The notes under the pieces: model-generated
What the model was told of the DNA's origin: nothing
Databases searched by the model: none
What the model saw: only the letters and a program-made list of their open reading frames with translations
Part shown: piece by piece, positions 9,765 through 17,957 of the stretch
Layout of the letters: the number at the start of each line of letters is the position of its first letter
Position numbering within the stretch: the stretch's first letter is position 1
Position numbers and translations under genes: made by a program
Source of the DNA: Candidatus Sulfobium sp.
GTDB taxonomy: Bacteria; Nitrospirota; Thermodesulfovibrionia; Thermodesulfovibrionales; UBA6898
Reading direction: 5' to 3'
DNA length: 20,533 nucleotides
Assembly: GCA_037380845.1 (NCBI GenBank)
Contig: JARRRI010000010.1
Location: forward strand, 1 to 20,533

Positions 9765-10148
9765 CTATTTCGCCCTGAATTCGAAAGTACCTGTATGGAC
9801 CTTGCCGTCCGGCCCCTTTATCTTCACACGCAGGGTCCACTGGCCCGGCATAGTGGGTTTAATCGAAGCCGAATAGACGTCGCCCTTCCGTATGGCATGA
9901 GCAGTGTAGTTCATAGCCGGCATGGCCGGCATGAAATAATAGAGTTCAGGATCAAGATTATTGACGGGGCTTGTGTCCTTCCTTATATCGAATGTGACTT
10001 TGTTAACACCGACAACAGCGGGGGTGTGGTCTATTTTGAGAATGACATCGTAAGGTCCGACCTTCTTACCGGCACTGTAATCATTAGCGTAAGCCACGCC
10101 CGCCGCAAGAAGCAAAAGCGCTGCACATACTACCGCAAACTTTCTCAT
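9765..10148 (-). CDS. Periplasmic YtkA/FixH-like Ig-fold protein with Met-rich motif
   Basis: SD AGGAGG before ATG at 10148; signal peptide ending AYA; PAVVGVN...YFMPAMPAM...GDVYSA...MPGQWTLRVKI pattern typical of YtkA/FixH-like proteins. Confidence 0.8.
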   Translation of the reverse strand: MRKFAVVCAALLLLAAGVAYANDYSAGKKVGPYDVILKIDHTPAVVGVNKVTFDIRKDTSPVNNLDPELYYFMPAMPAMNYTAHAIRKGDVYSASIKPTMPGQWTLRVKIKGPDGKVHTGTFEFRAK

Positions 10149-10254
10149 ATCGCGCCTCCTCATAAGCACTTTCCTTTGATATATCTTTTTGCCCGGCCAC
10201 AGAGCCTGACCCCGATTTGGGCCTCAGCCGATGGTTCGGGAATCCCACTATGCT

Positions 10255-10308
10255 ACTTTATATTACCGTTATGAAGAAAGTTTGAAAGTATTATGAAGAA
10301 AGTTTGAA
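10255..10308 (-). promoter_or_regulatory. Putative OmpR/PhoB-family-regulated promoter of the cus operon
   Basis: Perfect 18-bp direct repeat TTATGAAGAAAGTTTGAA at 10269-10286 and 10291-10308, giving four half-sites with 11-bp period (- strand TTCAAAC/TTCATAA); -10-like TAAAGT at 10260-10255. Confidence 0.7.
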
Positions 10309-10439
10309 CTGTCCCGGTCCGGCTGGGACTTACCCTCGAGTCAACCTTCGAAATGATTTGCCGCCCCCGCGAAGTTTACCCGCCCTTAACGGCGCCTGAG
10401 GTGACCAGGGGCGGGGCCCGCTTCAGGCCCCGAAAAACA

Positions 10440-10465
10440 TGGATTCCCGCCCTCGCGGGAATGAC
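10440..10465. repeat. REP/dRS3-like palindrome TGGATTCCCGC-CCTC-GCGGGAATGAC
   Basis: Matches the ATTCCC-N8-GGGAAT palindromic repeat class. On the - strand it is followed by a T-run, so it may also terminate desulforedoxin transcription. Confidence 0.7.
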
Positions 10466-10567
10466 GCAGACATAGCCCAATAAAGCCAAAAAGACCGTTC
10501 TAGCGTGAAGCAGTAGCCGCATTCTTCGGCACATGCCTGACTGAATCACTTCTATGGCTGGCTGCCA

Positions 10568-10702
10568 CTACTTGCACTCAAAGTCTTCGCCTATGTTCTC
10601 CATGGGCTCGCCGCAGCAAACGAGTTCCCCATCTCCTGCATTGGTGACTACAACTTCATTGCCGCATACGTTGCATTTGTATTTCTGCCCAACCTTTGTC
10701 AT
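10568..10702 (-). CDS. Desulforedoxin (standalone FeCys4 domain), 44 aa
   Basis: Manual translation [44 protein letters not shown]; diagnostic YKCxxCG...GxGxLxCCGxPM; SD GGGAGG upstream. Below the ORF-track size cutoff. Confidence 0.92.
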   Translation of the reverse strand: MTKVGQKYKCNVCGNEVVVTNAGDGELVCCGEPMENIGEDFECK

Positions 10703-10819
10703 AACTCTCATCCTCCCTCGATGAATGTCTGCAGCGTCTTCAAGCCTTCCCGTATATGCTTCAACTGCAGTAAGAATTGCAGTCCGCGTTCGCCATTGAC
10801 CCGATAATGCTTATGCGCC

Positions 10820-10895
10820 GTCATTCCCGAGGTAACAGTCGGGAATCCATTCTCTCTTAAGAGAAAACCTGGATAACCCCAACTGAGGACCTCGG
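10820..10895. repeat. Second REP/dRS3-like palindrome with a degenerate inverted partner
   Basis: GTCATTCCCGA-GGTAACAG-TCGGGAATCCA at 10820-10849; decayed reverse-complement copy TGGATAACCCCAACTGAGGACCTCGG at about 10870-10895. Confidence 0.6.
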
Positions 10896-10995
10896 ACCCA
10901 CTGAAACCCGACTTTTATTTACAGGTATTTTTTCACATGCAAGGATTACTTAACTTATATGTCCGTTAAAGCGCAAAGTCAAGACGGAACATAGA

Positions 10996-12039
10996 TCAGG
11001 CCGGCTGGACAGCCGGGGCGCTTACGGCCCACACAAAGAAGTGAGGTCCTTTCTTCTGTCCGACTCCCGTGGCGCCTTTTGTGAGATACAAAGCCCATGC
11101 CCAGTCTGACTCGAACATGCTGGTGGTCGAAGACCAGTAGGATTCCCGGACACTCTCAAACGGATGTCCGGGGGGCAATGCCGGACTATGTGCATCGCAG
11201 TCCACAAGAGATTCCAGCTCGTTGATATTGGGCAACCGCCATCGGTCTCTTCTCTTCGAGCCCTGGTTAAGCCGCTCCACTGCTTCGAGCGCATCACTCC
11301 AGGTAACCGGGCCGCCTGCCAGGTCTGCGCACCTCTTCCAGCAGAGCACCGTCAGTCGATCAATAACCACTTCATCGCGGACTTCAAAGCGGGGTTCAGG
11401 CAATGGCAGGCCGAAACGGAACGCGCCGTCCTGTCCCGTACCTTCGCATGGAATGCATTGTCCGCCCGGGTCGTAACAAAGTGTCTGCCCCGTCGATGCA
11501 AGAATTCCGTTTCCTTCGCCTCTAACCGGCCAAAGCAGGCTAAACTGTTCCTTCCTTCCGTAAAACATCCGTGCGCCTTCCATATGGACATACCACGCGT
11601 ACGCCGGATTAATCGCTGCCGTAGTGGAAGTCCAATACCAGCCGAGGAAGACATCGGCAAAGGGATGTCCTTCAGGAAGCGCCGGTTTTCTGGTCTGATA
11701 ACTCACGAGACTTCGCAGCTCCCGGCGGTTGGGAAGCCGCCAGTCAGAATGGCCGAATGCTTTTCTTCTGTTCATGTCCGCTATATAATCCAGCGCCTCC
11801 TGCCATCTCAGCGCAAATTCGGCGAGGTTGGCGTTCCGTGTCCACCCCAGTCCGGTGAGGCGGTCGAAAACAACGTCCTCGTGTTGCTCGAATCTGGGCA
11901 CGGGCCACACCGCTCCGCTTCTGAATTCCGCATCCTGCCCGCTGCCCGCGCAGGGCACCTCGCGGCCGGCTGTGTCGTGGCAGGTCGTCTGGCCTGTCCG
12001 GACATAACACATTGTAGTTTTCGGATCACGGTTCTCCAT
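10996..12039 (-). CDS. Tandem DUF1566 (Lcl C-terminal domain) protein
   Basis: Two repeats of TGQTxCxD...G[ST]GQD...PRF...V.DRLTxLxW...WRLPNxxELxSLV...YW[TS]STT...AW. Confidence 0.88.
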   Translation of the reverse strand: MENRDPKTTMCYVRTGQTTCHDTAGREVPCAGSGQDAEFRSGAVWPVPRFEQHEDVVFDRLTGLGWTRNANLAEFALRWQEALDYIADMNRRKAFGHSDWRLPNRRELRSLVSYQTRKPALPEGHPFADVFLGWYWTSTTAAINPAYAWYVHMEGARMFYGRKEQFSLLWPVRGEGNGILASTGQTLCYDPGGQCIPCEGTGQDGAFRFGLPLPEPRFEVRDEVVIDRLTVLCWKRCADLAGGPVTWSDALEAVERLNQGSKRRDRWRLPNINELESLVDCDAHSPALPPGHPFESVRESYWSSTTSMFESDWAWALYLTKGATGVGQKKGPHFFVWAVSAPAVQPA

Positions 12040-12112
12040 TATAAAAAAACAGCCTTATGTTTCAGCTTTCCTACCGCAAGGATATTTCATCTTATCACAC
12101 ATGTCCTGCCGA

Positions 12113-12141
12113 TTGCCATGAAAGGCGGAATGTGAGAACAT
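12113..12141 (+). promoter_or_regulatory. Putative copA promoter TTGCCA-N17-GAACAT with extended -10 TG
   Basis: A near-identical element with the same spacing is present upstream of the standalone YHS gene (17593-17621). Confidence 0.55.
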
Positions 12142-12187
12142 AAAAGCAACAACAACTGAGAAATGCAAGCATGAGAGAGGTCATAAG

Positions 12188-14599
12188 ATGAAAGTTACCG
12201 ATCCGGTCTGCCACATGACGATCGAAGACAAGGAGGCCGCCGGAACTTCTACCTACAAGGGTAACACTTACTATTTCTGCTCGAAACCCTGCAAGGAGAA
12301 GTTCGACGAAGACCCCGGGTCTTACCTTGAAGAAAAGGCTGAAGCCGAGAAAACGGCCGCGACCGGAAAAGGAGTTGACCACACCTGCCCCATGCATCCC
12401 GAAATCAGGCAGCCCAAACCCGGTCCCTGTCCGAAATGCGGCATGGCACTGGAGCCGGTTGAACCTGCCGCCCCAATAACCAAAACGGAATGGACCTGTC
12501 CGATGCATCCGGAAATCGTCAGAGACAAGCCCGGGAGCTGCCCGAAGTGCGGCATGGCGCTGGAACCGAAAACAGTGACTGCTGAAGAAGAGGAAAACCC
12601 CGAACTCATCGATATGACCAGGCGGTTCAAGGTCAGCGTCGTCCTCACTGTCCCCGTCTTTCTGATTGCGATGAGGGACTTTATTCCAGGGCTTTCTTTT
12701 CTTCTCTCAGGGGTCCCGCCCTCATTTCTTACCTGGGCGGAACTTGTCCTAACCACCCCCGTCGTCCTCTGGTGCGCCTGGCCCTTCTTTGTCCGGGGGT
12801 GGCAGTCTGTAGTCACCTGGAATCCCAACATGTTCACATTAATCGGCCTGGGCACGGCCGTCGCCTACGTTTACAGCCTTATAGCCGCACTTTTCCCGGG
12901 GTTGTTCCCGGCATCTTTCCGGACCGAAGGCGGGCAGGTAAGCGTATATTTTGAGGCAGCGGCAGTGATTACCACGCTCGTTCTCCTCGGCCAGGTGCTT
13001 GAGCTCAGGGCCAGGAGCAAAACGGGTGCGGCGATAAGGGCTCTTCTCGGTCTGGCCCCCAAAACCGCCCGTCGTATAACTGACGGTAAAGAAGAAGACG
13101 TTCCGCTCGAACAGGTCCTGTCGGGCGACCTCCTGCGCGTGAGGCCCGGGGAGAAGGTACCTGTGGACGGGACGGTTGTGGAGGGATCCAGCTCGATGGA
13201 TGAGTCCATGATAACGGGGGAGCCGATCCCCGTTGAGAAGAAGGAAGGTGACCGGGTAATCGGGGCAACCATAAACGGTACGGGCACGCTGGTCATGAAG
13301 GCCGAAAAGGTCGGTTCAGAGACCCTTCTTGCCCAGATTGTACATATGGTGGCAGAGGCACAGAGGAGCCGTGCGCCGATCCAAAAGCTCGCGGACGTTG
13401 TTGCGGGCTACTTCGTTCAGATCGTGGTAGGGATCGCCGTCATCACCTTTTTCGTCTGGCTGTGGGTGGGACCGGAACCGAAATTTACCGTCGCCCTGAT
13501 TAACGCAGTCGCGGTGCTCATGATTGCGTGTCCATGCGCCATGGGGTTGGCAACACCCATGTCGATTATGGTCGCAGCCGGGAAGGGAGCATCCGCCGGC
13601 GTTCTTTTCAAAAATGCTGAAGCCATAGAAGTGATGAAGACAGTCGACACACTTGTGACCGACAAGACCGGCACTCTCACGGAAGGCAAACCCAGACTTG
13701 TCGAAGTCGTTCCCGCCGGCGGATTCGATGAGAAGGCCGTCCTTCACTTTGCATCCAGCATCGAAGTCGGGAGTGAGCACCCTCTGGCTGCGGCCATAGT
13801 CAAAGGTGCGAAGGAAAAAAATGTGGCAGCCTCTAAGGCCGAATCGTTTGAGTCGCTTACAGGACGCGGGGTAACAGGTCTGGTCGATGGGAAGAAGGTC
13901 GGCCTGGGCAACCTCTTGATGCTTGAGGAGTTCAAAATCGACCCCGGGGACCTTTCCGCAAAGGCTGAGGACATGCGACGTGACGGTCAGACTGTCATGT
14001 TTGTAGCTGTGGACGGTAAGACGGCCGGTCTTCTGGGTGTTGCCGATCCGATAAAGGCGACAACATCAAGAGCCATTAAAGCGCTCCACGAGGAAGGAAT
14101 GCGGATAGTCATGTTAACAGGTGACAGCAAGACGACGGCGGAGGCGGTCTCAAGGAAACTGGACATCGACGAAGTGATAGCCGAAGTATTGCCCGACCAG
14201 AAGGCCGATATAGTCAAACGCCTTCAGGCCGAGGGTAGAATAGTTGCAATGGCCGGAGACGGGATTAACGACGCCCCTGCCCTTGCCCAGGCGCAGGTGG
14301 GCATAGCAATGGGAACGGGTACCGACGTGGCCATGGAAAGCGCGGGAGTAACGCTGGTTAAGGGTGATCTGCGGGGCATCGTCCGCGCAAGAAAGCTGAG
14401 CATGGCCACAATGCGGAACATCAAACAGAACCTTTTCTGGGCCTTCGGCTACAACTCGGTGGGAGTGCCGATTGCGGCCGGTGTCCTGTATCCATTTTTC
14501 GGCATCCTGCTCAGCCCCATGATCGCTGCAGCAGCAATGAGTTTCAGTTCTGTGTCGGTTGTGGGTAATGCACTGAGACTCAGAAGGGTTCATCTCTGA
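12188..14599 (+). CDS. copA: Cu(I)-translocating P1B-type ATPase with N-terminal YHS domain and two CPMHP heavy-metal-binding domains
   Basis: YHS (DPVCHM...YYFCSKPC); two TCPMHPEI...[10 protein letters not shown] repeats; [30 protein letters not shown]; Cu(I)-type YN and MSFSS motifs in the last TM helices. Confidence 0.97.
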   Translation: MKVTDPVCHMTIEDKEAAGTSTYKGNTYYFCSKPCKEKFDEDPGSYLEEKAEAEKTAATGKGVDHTCPMHPEIRQPKPGPCPKCGMALEPVEPAAPITKTEWTCPMHPEIVRDKPGSCPKCGMALEPKTVTAEEEENPELIDMTRRFKVSVVLTVPVFLIAMRDFIPGLSFLLSGVPPSFLTWAELVLTTPVVLWCAWPFFVRGWQSVVTWNPNMFTLIGLGTAVAYVYSLIAALFPGLFPASFRTEGGQVSVYFEAAAVITTLVLLGQVLELRARSKTGAAIRALLGLAPKTARRITDGKEEDVPLEQVLSGDLLRVRPGEKVPVDGTVVEGSSSMDESMITGEPIPVEKKEGDRVIGATINGTGTLVMKAEKVGSETLLAQIVHMVAEAQRSRAPIQKLADVVAGYFVQIVVGIAVITFFVWLWVGPEPKFTVALINAVAVLMIACPCAMGLATPMSIMVAAGKGASAGVLFKNAEAIEVMKTVDTLVTDKTGTLTEGKPRLVEVVPAGGFDEKAVLHFASSIEVGSEHPLAAAIVKGAKEKNVAASKAESFESLTGRGVTGLVDGKKVGLGNLLMLEEFKIDPGDLSAKAEDMRRDGQTVMFVAVDGKTAGLLGVADPIKATTSRAIKALHEEGMRIVMLTGDSKTTAEAVSRKLDIDEVIAEVLPDQKADIVKRLQAEGRIVAMAGDGINDAPALAQAQVGIAMGTGTDVAMESAGVTLVKGDLRGIVRARKLSMATMRNIKQNLFWAFGYNSVGVPIAAGVLYPFFGILLSPMIAAAAMSFSSVSVVGNALRLRRVHL

Positions 14600-14892
14600 G
14601 CCCCATCAATCTCGCACTGGCATCCGGAAATCAACCTTCAGATGCAGACGTCTTCCGGACATCCGCGTCTTTCGCCGCTCCGGCATCAAACCGGTTCACG
14701 GCAAATCATTCGTATGCAGTACCTCGAGAGCCGCTTCTGGATTGTCTTTGGGACGTCGCACCCGAACCAGATCATGTCGACACCATCGTCAAGGCCATTA
14801 CCATCCCGGACTCCGAGAGTAAATGTGCCCCCAGTCGTCAAAATGTGACTTGAGACCGGCCGCATGGATTTAAAACTGATCATTACCACAGA

Positions 14893-14923
14893 TAGATAAA
14901 CGGTCATTTTAGAATTATAATGA
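14893..14923 (+). promoter_or_regulatory. Catalase sigma70 promoter overlapped by a PerR/Fur-like box
   Basis: TAGATA (14893-14898) - 17 bp - TATAAT (14916-14921); TTAGAATTATAATGA (14909-14923) matches 11 of 14 positions of the Per box TTATAATnATTATAA. Confidence 0.55.
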
Positions 14924-14966
14924 AATTAAGGTCAGGTCGAACCAGGAATAAAAAGGAGGTATTACC

Positions 14967-16421
14967 ATGAAAAACGACGACCGCAAGCCAACCACAACAG
15001 ATGCCGGGATTCCCGTATCCAGCGACGAGTACTCGCTGACCGTGGGACCCGATGGACCCATCCTTCTGCAGGACCACTATCTCATCGAACAGATGGCCAA
15101 CTTCAATCGGGAGCGGATTCCGGAGCGGCAGCCCCATGCGAAAGGTTCCGGGGCCTTCGGACACTTCGAGGTAACCAAGGATGTCAGCTCTTACACAAAG
15201 GCTGCGGTATTCCAGTCCGACGTCAAGACAGACACACTGATCCGGTTTTCCACTGTGGCCGGTGAGCGCGGCAGCCCTGACACTTGGCGTGACCCGCGCG
15301 GCTTCGCGCTGAAGTTTTACACGAGTGAGGGCAACTACGATATGGTGGGGAACAATACACCGGTGTTCTTCGTGCGCGATCCGATGAAGTTCCAGCACTT
15401 CATCCGCTCCCAGAAGCGCCGTGCGGACAACGGCCTGCGCGACCACGACATGCAGTGGGACTTCTGGACACTATCGCCGGAGTCGGCCCACCAGGTCACG
15501 TGGCTGATGGGTGACCGGGGGATCCCGAAAACCTGGCGGCACATGAACGGCTATTCGAGCCATACTTACATGTGGGTCAATGCGAAGGGCGAGCGCTTCT
15601 GGGTAAAGTACCATTTCAAAACCGACCAGGGCATCGACTTCCTCACACAGGAAGAGGCCGACCGGCTGGCCGGCGTCGACTCGGACTACCATCGCCGTGA
15701 CCTGTTCGAGGCGATCAAGCGGGGTGACTACCCCAGCTGGACGCTGAAGATGCAGATCATGCCCTTCAAAGATGCCGAGACATACCGGTTCAACCCCTTC
15801 GACCTGACGAAGGTGTGGCCGCACAGCGACTACCCGCTCCACGAGGTCGGCCGGCTGACGCTGGACCGCAACCCGACCGATTTTCATACCGAGATCGAGC
15901 AGGCGGCATTCGAACCGAACAACCTCGTTCCGGGAATCGGTCCCAGTCCGGACAAGATGTTGCTCGCCCGCCTCTTCTCCTATGCCGACGCACACCGCGC
16001 CCGGCTCGGAGTTAACTACAAGCAGATCCCGGTCAACAGGCCGAAAGTACCGGTGCACAGCTACAGCAAGGACGGCGTGATGCGGGTCCAGAACGTCTCC
16101 GACCCCGTGTACGCGCCCAATTCAAAGGGCGGCGCGCAGGCCGACGGCAAGCACTACCCTCAGGTGGAGGTCTGGAAGGCGAGCGGCGGGTTTATCCACG
16201 CTGCCTATACGCTGCACAGGGATGACGACGACTTTGGCCAGGCCGGCACCCTGGTGCGCAAGGTCATGGACGATGCTCAGCGCGGCCGCCTGGTGTCTAA
16301 CGTTGTCGGTCACCTTAAAAAAGCCGTGTCTGAGCCCGTGTTGCAGCGTGCGTTCGAATACTGGAGAAACATCGACGGGGAGATCGGCGACCGCATCGCC
16401 AAAGGCGTGAAAGGCGGCTGA
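14967..16421 (+). CDS. katA: Monofunctional small-subunit heme catalase
   Basis: [15 protein letters not shown] (distal His), [11 protein letters not shown] (Asn), RLFSYADAH (proximal Tyr); SD AAGGAGGT. Confidence 0.97.
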   Translation: MKNDDRKPTTTDAGIPVSSDEYSLTVGPDGPILLQDHYLIEQMANFNRERIPERQPHAKGSGAFGHFEVTKDVSSYTKAAVFQSDVKTDTLIRFSTVAGERGSPDTWRDPRGFALKFYTSEGNYDMVGNNTPVFFVRDPMKFQHFIRSQKRRADNGLRDHDMQWDFWTLSPESAHQVTWLMGDRGIPKTWRHMNGYSSHTYMWVNAKGERFWVKYHFKTDQGIDFLTQEEADRLAGVDSDYHRRDLFEAIKRGDYPSWTLKMQIMPFKDAETYRFNPFDLTKVWPHSDYPLHEVGRLTLDRNPTDFHTEIEQAAFEPNNLVPGIGPSPDKMLLARLFSYADAHRARLGVNYKQIPVNRPKVPVHSYSKDGVMRVQNVSDPVYAPNSKGGAQADGKHYPQVEVWKASGGFIHAAYTLHRDDDDFGQAGTLVRKVMDDAQRGRLVSNVVGHLKKAVSEPVLQRAFEYWRNIDGEIGDRIAKGVKGG

Positions 16422-16455
16422 CTCGACAACAATACGTGCGCGAAGCTCCTGTGAT

Positions 16456-16584
16456 TGAACCGCTGAGCGCGGGGTTCGACGCAGACACCAGTCGGGCGTT
16501 ACGCATGAATCCTGAAGTGCGCCTCGGCCCGTCAGCTGGGGCGCACTTGCCGCAGACTCCCTGCTTAAATCCGCGAGTGGTTCA
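16456..16584. mobile_element. Candidate 129-bp MITE with IS3-like TG...CA termini
   Basis: Ends TGAACCGCT(GAG)CGCGG and CCGCGAGTGGTTCA are inverted repeats; flanked by a GAT direct repeat (16453-16455, 16585-16587); internal hairpins. Confidence 0.5.
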
Positions 16585-16838
16585 GATTTCGGTAATATGA
16601 ATCCGTCTTCCGCTCCGGACGGCATTAAGAAACATTAATAAAAGTTCACTTCTTTTTAATCTCAGCTTAATCAAACCGTTTTAAAATCTTCCTCATATAC
16701 TGCGGACTTTTCGACTTCTCGATGGGTAAGAGGAAGGAGGTGAAAATATAATTCGCAGTCTGCCGGCGGCCGGCAAAATCAACCGTCCGGGCCCGAACAA
16801 TTAAAAAGTCGCTTTCACAATACACAGTGAGATAAGGC

Positions 16839-16860
16839 AGGGCTCAGGTTGGGCCTTATT
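16839..16860 (+). terminator. Possible intrinsic terminator hairpin
   Basis: AGGGCTCA-GGT-TGGGCCTT stem-loop followed by an AT-rich tail; the U-tract is weak. Confidence 0.3.
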
Positions 16861-16945
16861 AATCTGAAAGCTTTAAAGGACATGCGAGCGATTCCGGAAC
16901 AAAAATAACCTGCCTGGAGGTTCTCGCATTTGGAGATCTTTAATT

Positions 16946-17077
16946 ATGGAATATAAAACGTACGAGATAGACCAGTACGGAAGGCTTAGAATTTATCCCT
17001 CTTTGACTCCCACAAGAGCAAAAGGGTTCTGGAGGAAAATCTCCTCCAGGATATTGAAAGCATTGAGGGTATCCTGA
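16946..17077 (+). CDS. Hypothetical small protein, 43 aa (MEYKTYEIDQYGRLRIYPSLTPTRAKGFWRKISSRILKALRVS)
   Basis: ATG preceded by GGAG and an AT-rich spacer; basic amphipathic C-terminus; no recognised family. Confidence 0.4.
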   Translation: MEYKTYEIDQYGRLRIYPSLTPTRAKGFWRKISSRILKALRVS

Positions 17078-17592
17078 ACACTGTACTTTAAACGGTCAGT
17101 CACTGCGCTTATACATCGCCGGAACGATCCAGGAACCCGTTTCTTGCTGCCGAAAGTTATTATTGCCGTCGAAAGTTCTGTCCCGCCATTTGCGACAGTC
17201 CCTAGCAGGTCCTTTGATATCGCCTGTCCCTATAGTCGCGGCGCCGATATTTCTTAGGGATGTCCGGGGTAAAGTCCTGAAGGCCGGGGTGGTCAGCCGA
17301 CGAGAACCTGAAGTATTATTCTGAACATGTGAAATCGGTATGGATCTCTGTCTGGAGATGCTCAGGAGAGCCATGAAGAGGAGCAGCGCCGCTCTTTGCC
17401 ATATTGATCTGCGTCAGGAAGATGCAACCATTATGAAATCCATACCATTTTGAAGGACAGGATATCCCCGTTGATGAACTCGAAATCGAGATAAGAAAAG
17501 AGGTATGGTTTCGACGCCAATAAGCAGGATAGTCCCACCCGATAAGGTTTACCTCGCAGTTGAGAAAAGATTAACTATTATTCACTGCCCGC

Positions 17593-17621
17593 TTGCCGGA
17601 AAGAGAGAAATGTGAGAACAT
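17593..17621 (+). promoter_or_regulatory. Putative promoter TTGCCG-N17-GAACAT, paralogous to the copA promoter
   Basis: Shares CTGCC..TTGCC..GAAAG...AATGTGAGAACAT with the copA upstream region (12106-12141). Confidence 0.55.
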
Positions 17622-17710
17622 GGAAGTACTCGAATAGACCAGATATGCGCAACGGCCGATAGTTGCGACAAATTATCAAACCGCTTATATCCGCCGGAAA
17701 GGAGAGCGAG

Positions 17711-17869
17711 ATGAAGGTTAAAGACCCGGTCTGTAACATGACTATCGAGGAAAGCGAAGCCGCGGGCAATTCCACTTACAAGGGCGACACTTATTATTTC
17801 TGCTCGAAGGGATGCCAGGAGACCTTTGACAAAAACCCCGAGGCTTTTGTGGCAAAGAAAGGCTCGTAA
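17711..17869 (+). CDS. Standalone YHS-domain protein (52 aa), putative copper chaperone
   Basis: MKVKDPVCNM...YKGDTYYFCSKGCQETFDKNPE; SD AGGAG before ATG at 17711. Confidence 0.9.
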   Translation: MKVKDPVCNMTIEESEAAGNSTYKGDTYYFCSKGCQETFDKNPEAFVAKKGS

Positions 17870-17957
17870 GGTTAAGGTCACCCGCCGGTGTCCGGCAAAT
17901 CGCTGCAGTTCCCTCTTTCTTCCATCTGTTTTGTCGGCCGGAGCATGAGCGTGAGGC

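Noticed and set aside
10269..10308. Direct repeat as a CRISPR remnant
   Set aside because: Only two 18-bp copies 4 bp apart and no cas genes; fits a transcription-factor site.
11164..12135. 323-aa + strand ORF
   Set aside because: Antisense to the DUF1566 gene, which has clear family motifs.
12380..12568. Tandem nucleotide repeat inside copA
   Set aside because: Explained by two CPMHP heavy-metal-binding domains, a common CopA architecture.
14642..14907. Short ORFs between copA and katA, including a VDTIVKAI PII-like fragment in another frame
   Set aside because: No SD or convincing family similarity; the fragment is too short to call a pseudogene.
16468..16491. tRNA-like GGTTCGA...ACCA
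   Set aside because: No T-stem complement, acceptor stem or anticodon arm; better explained as part of the MITE-like element.
17404..17417. FNR/CRP-like TTGAT-ctgc-GTCAG
   Set aside because: 8/10 match but about 175 bp from the nearest plausible promoter; could be chance.
17096..17523. 92-aa - strand ORF and short + strand fragments
   Set aside because: No recognisable motifs; may be a decayed gene but cannot be supported from sequence alone.
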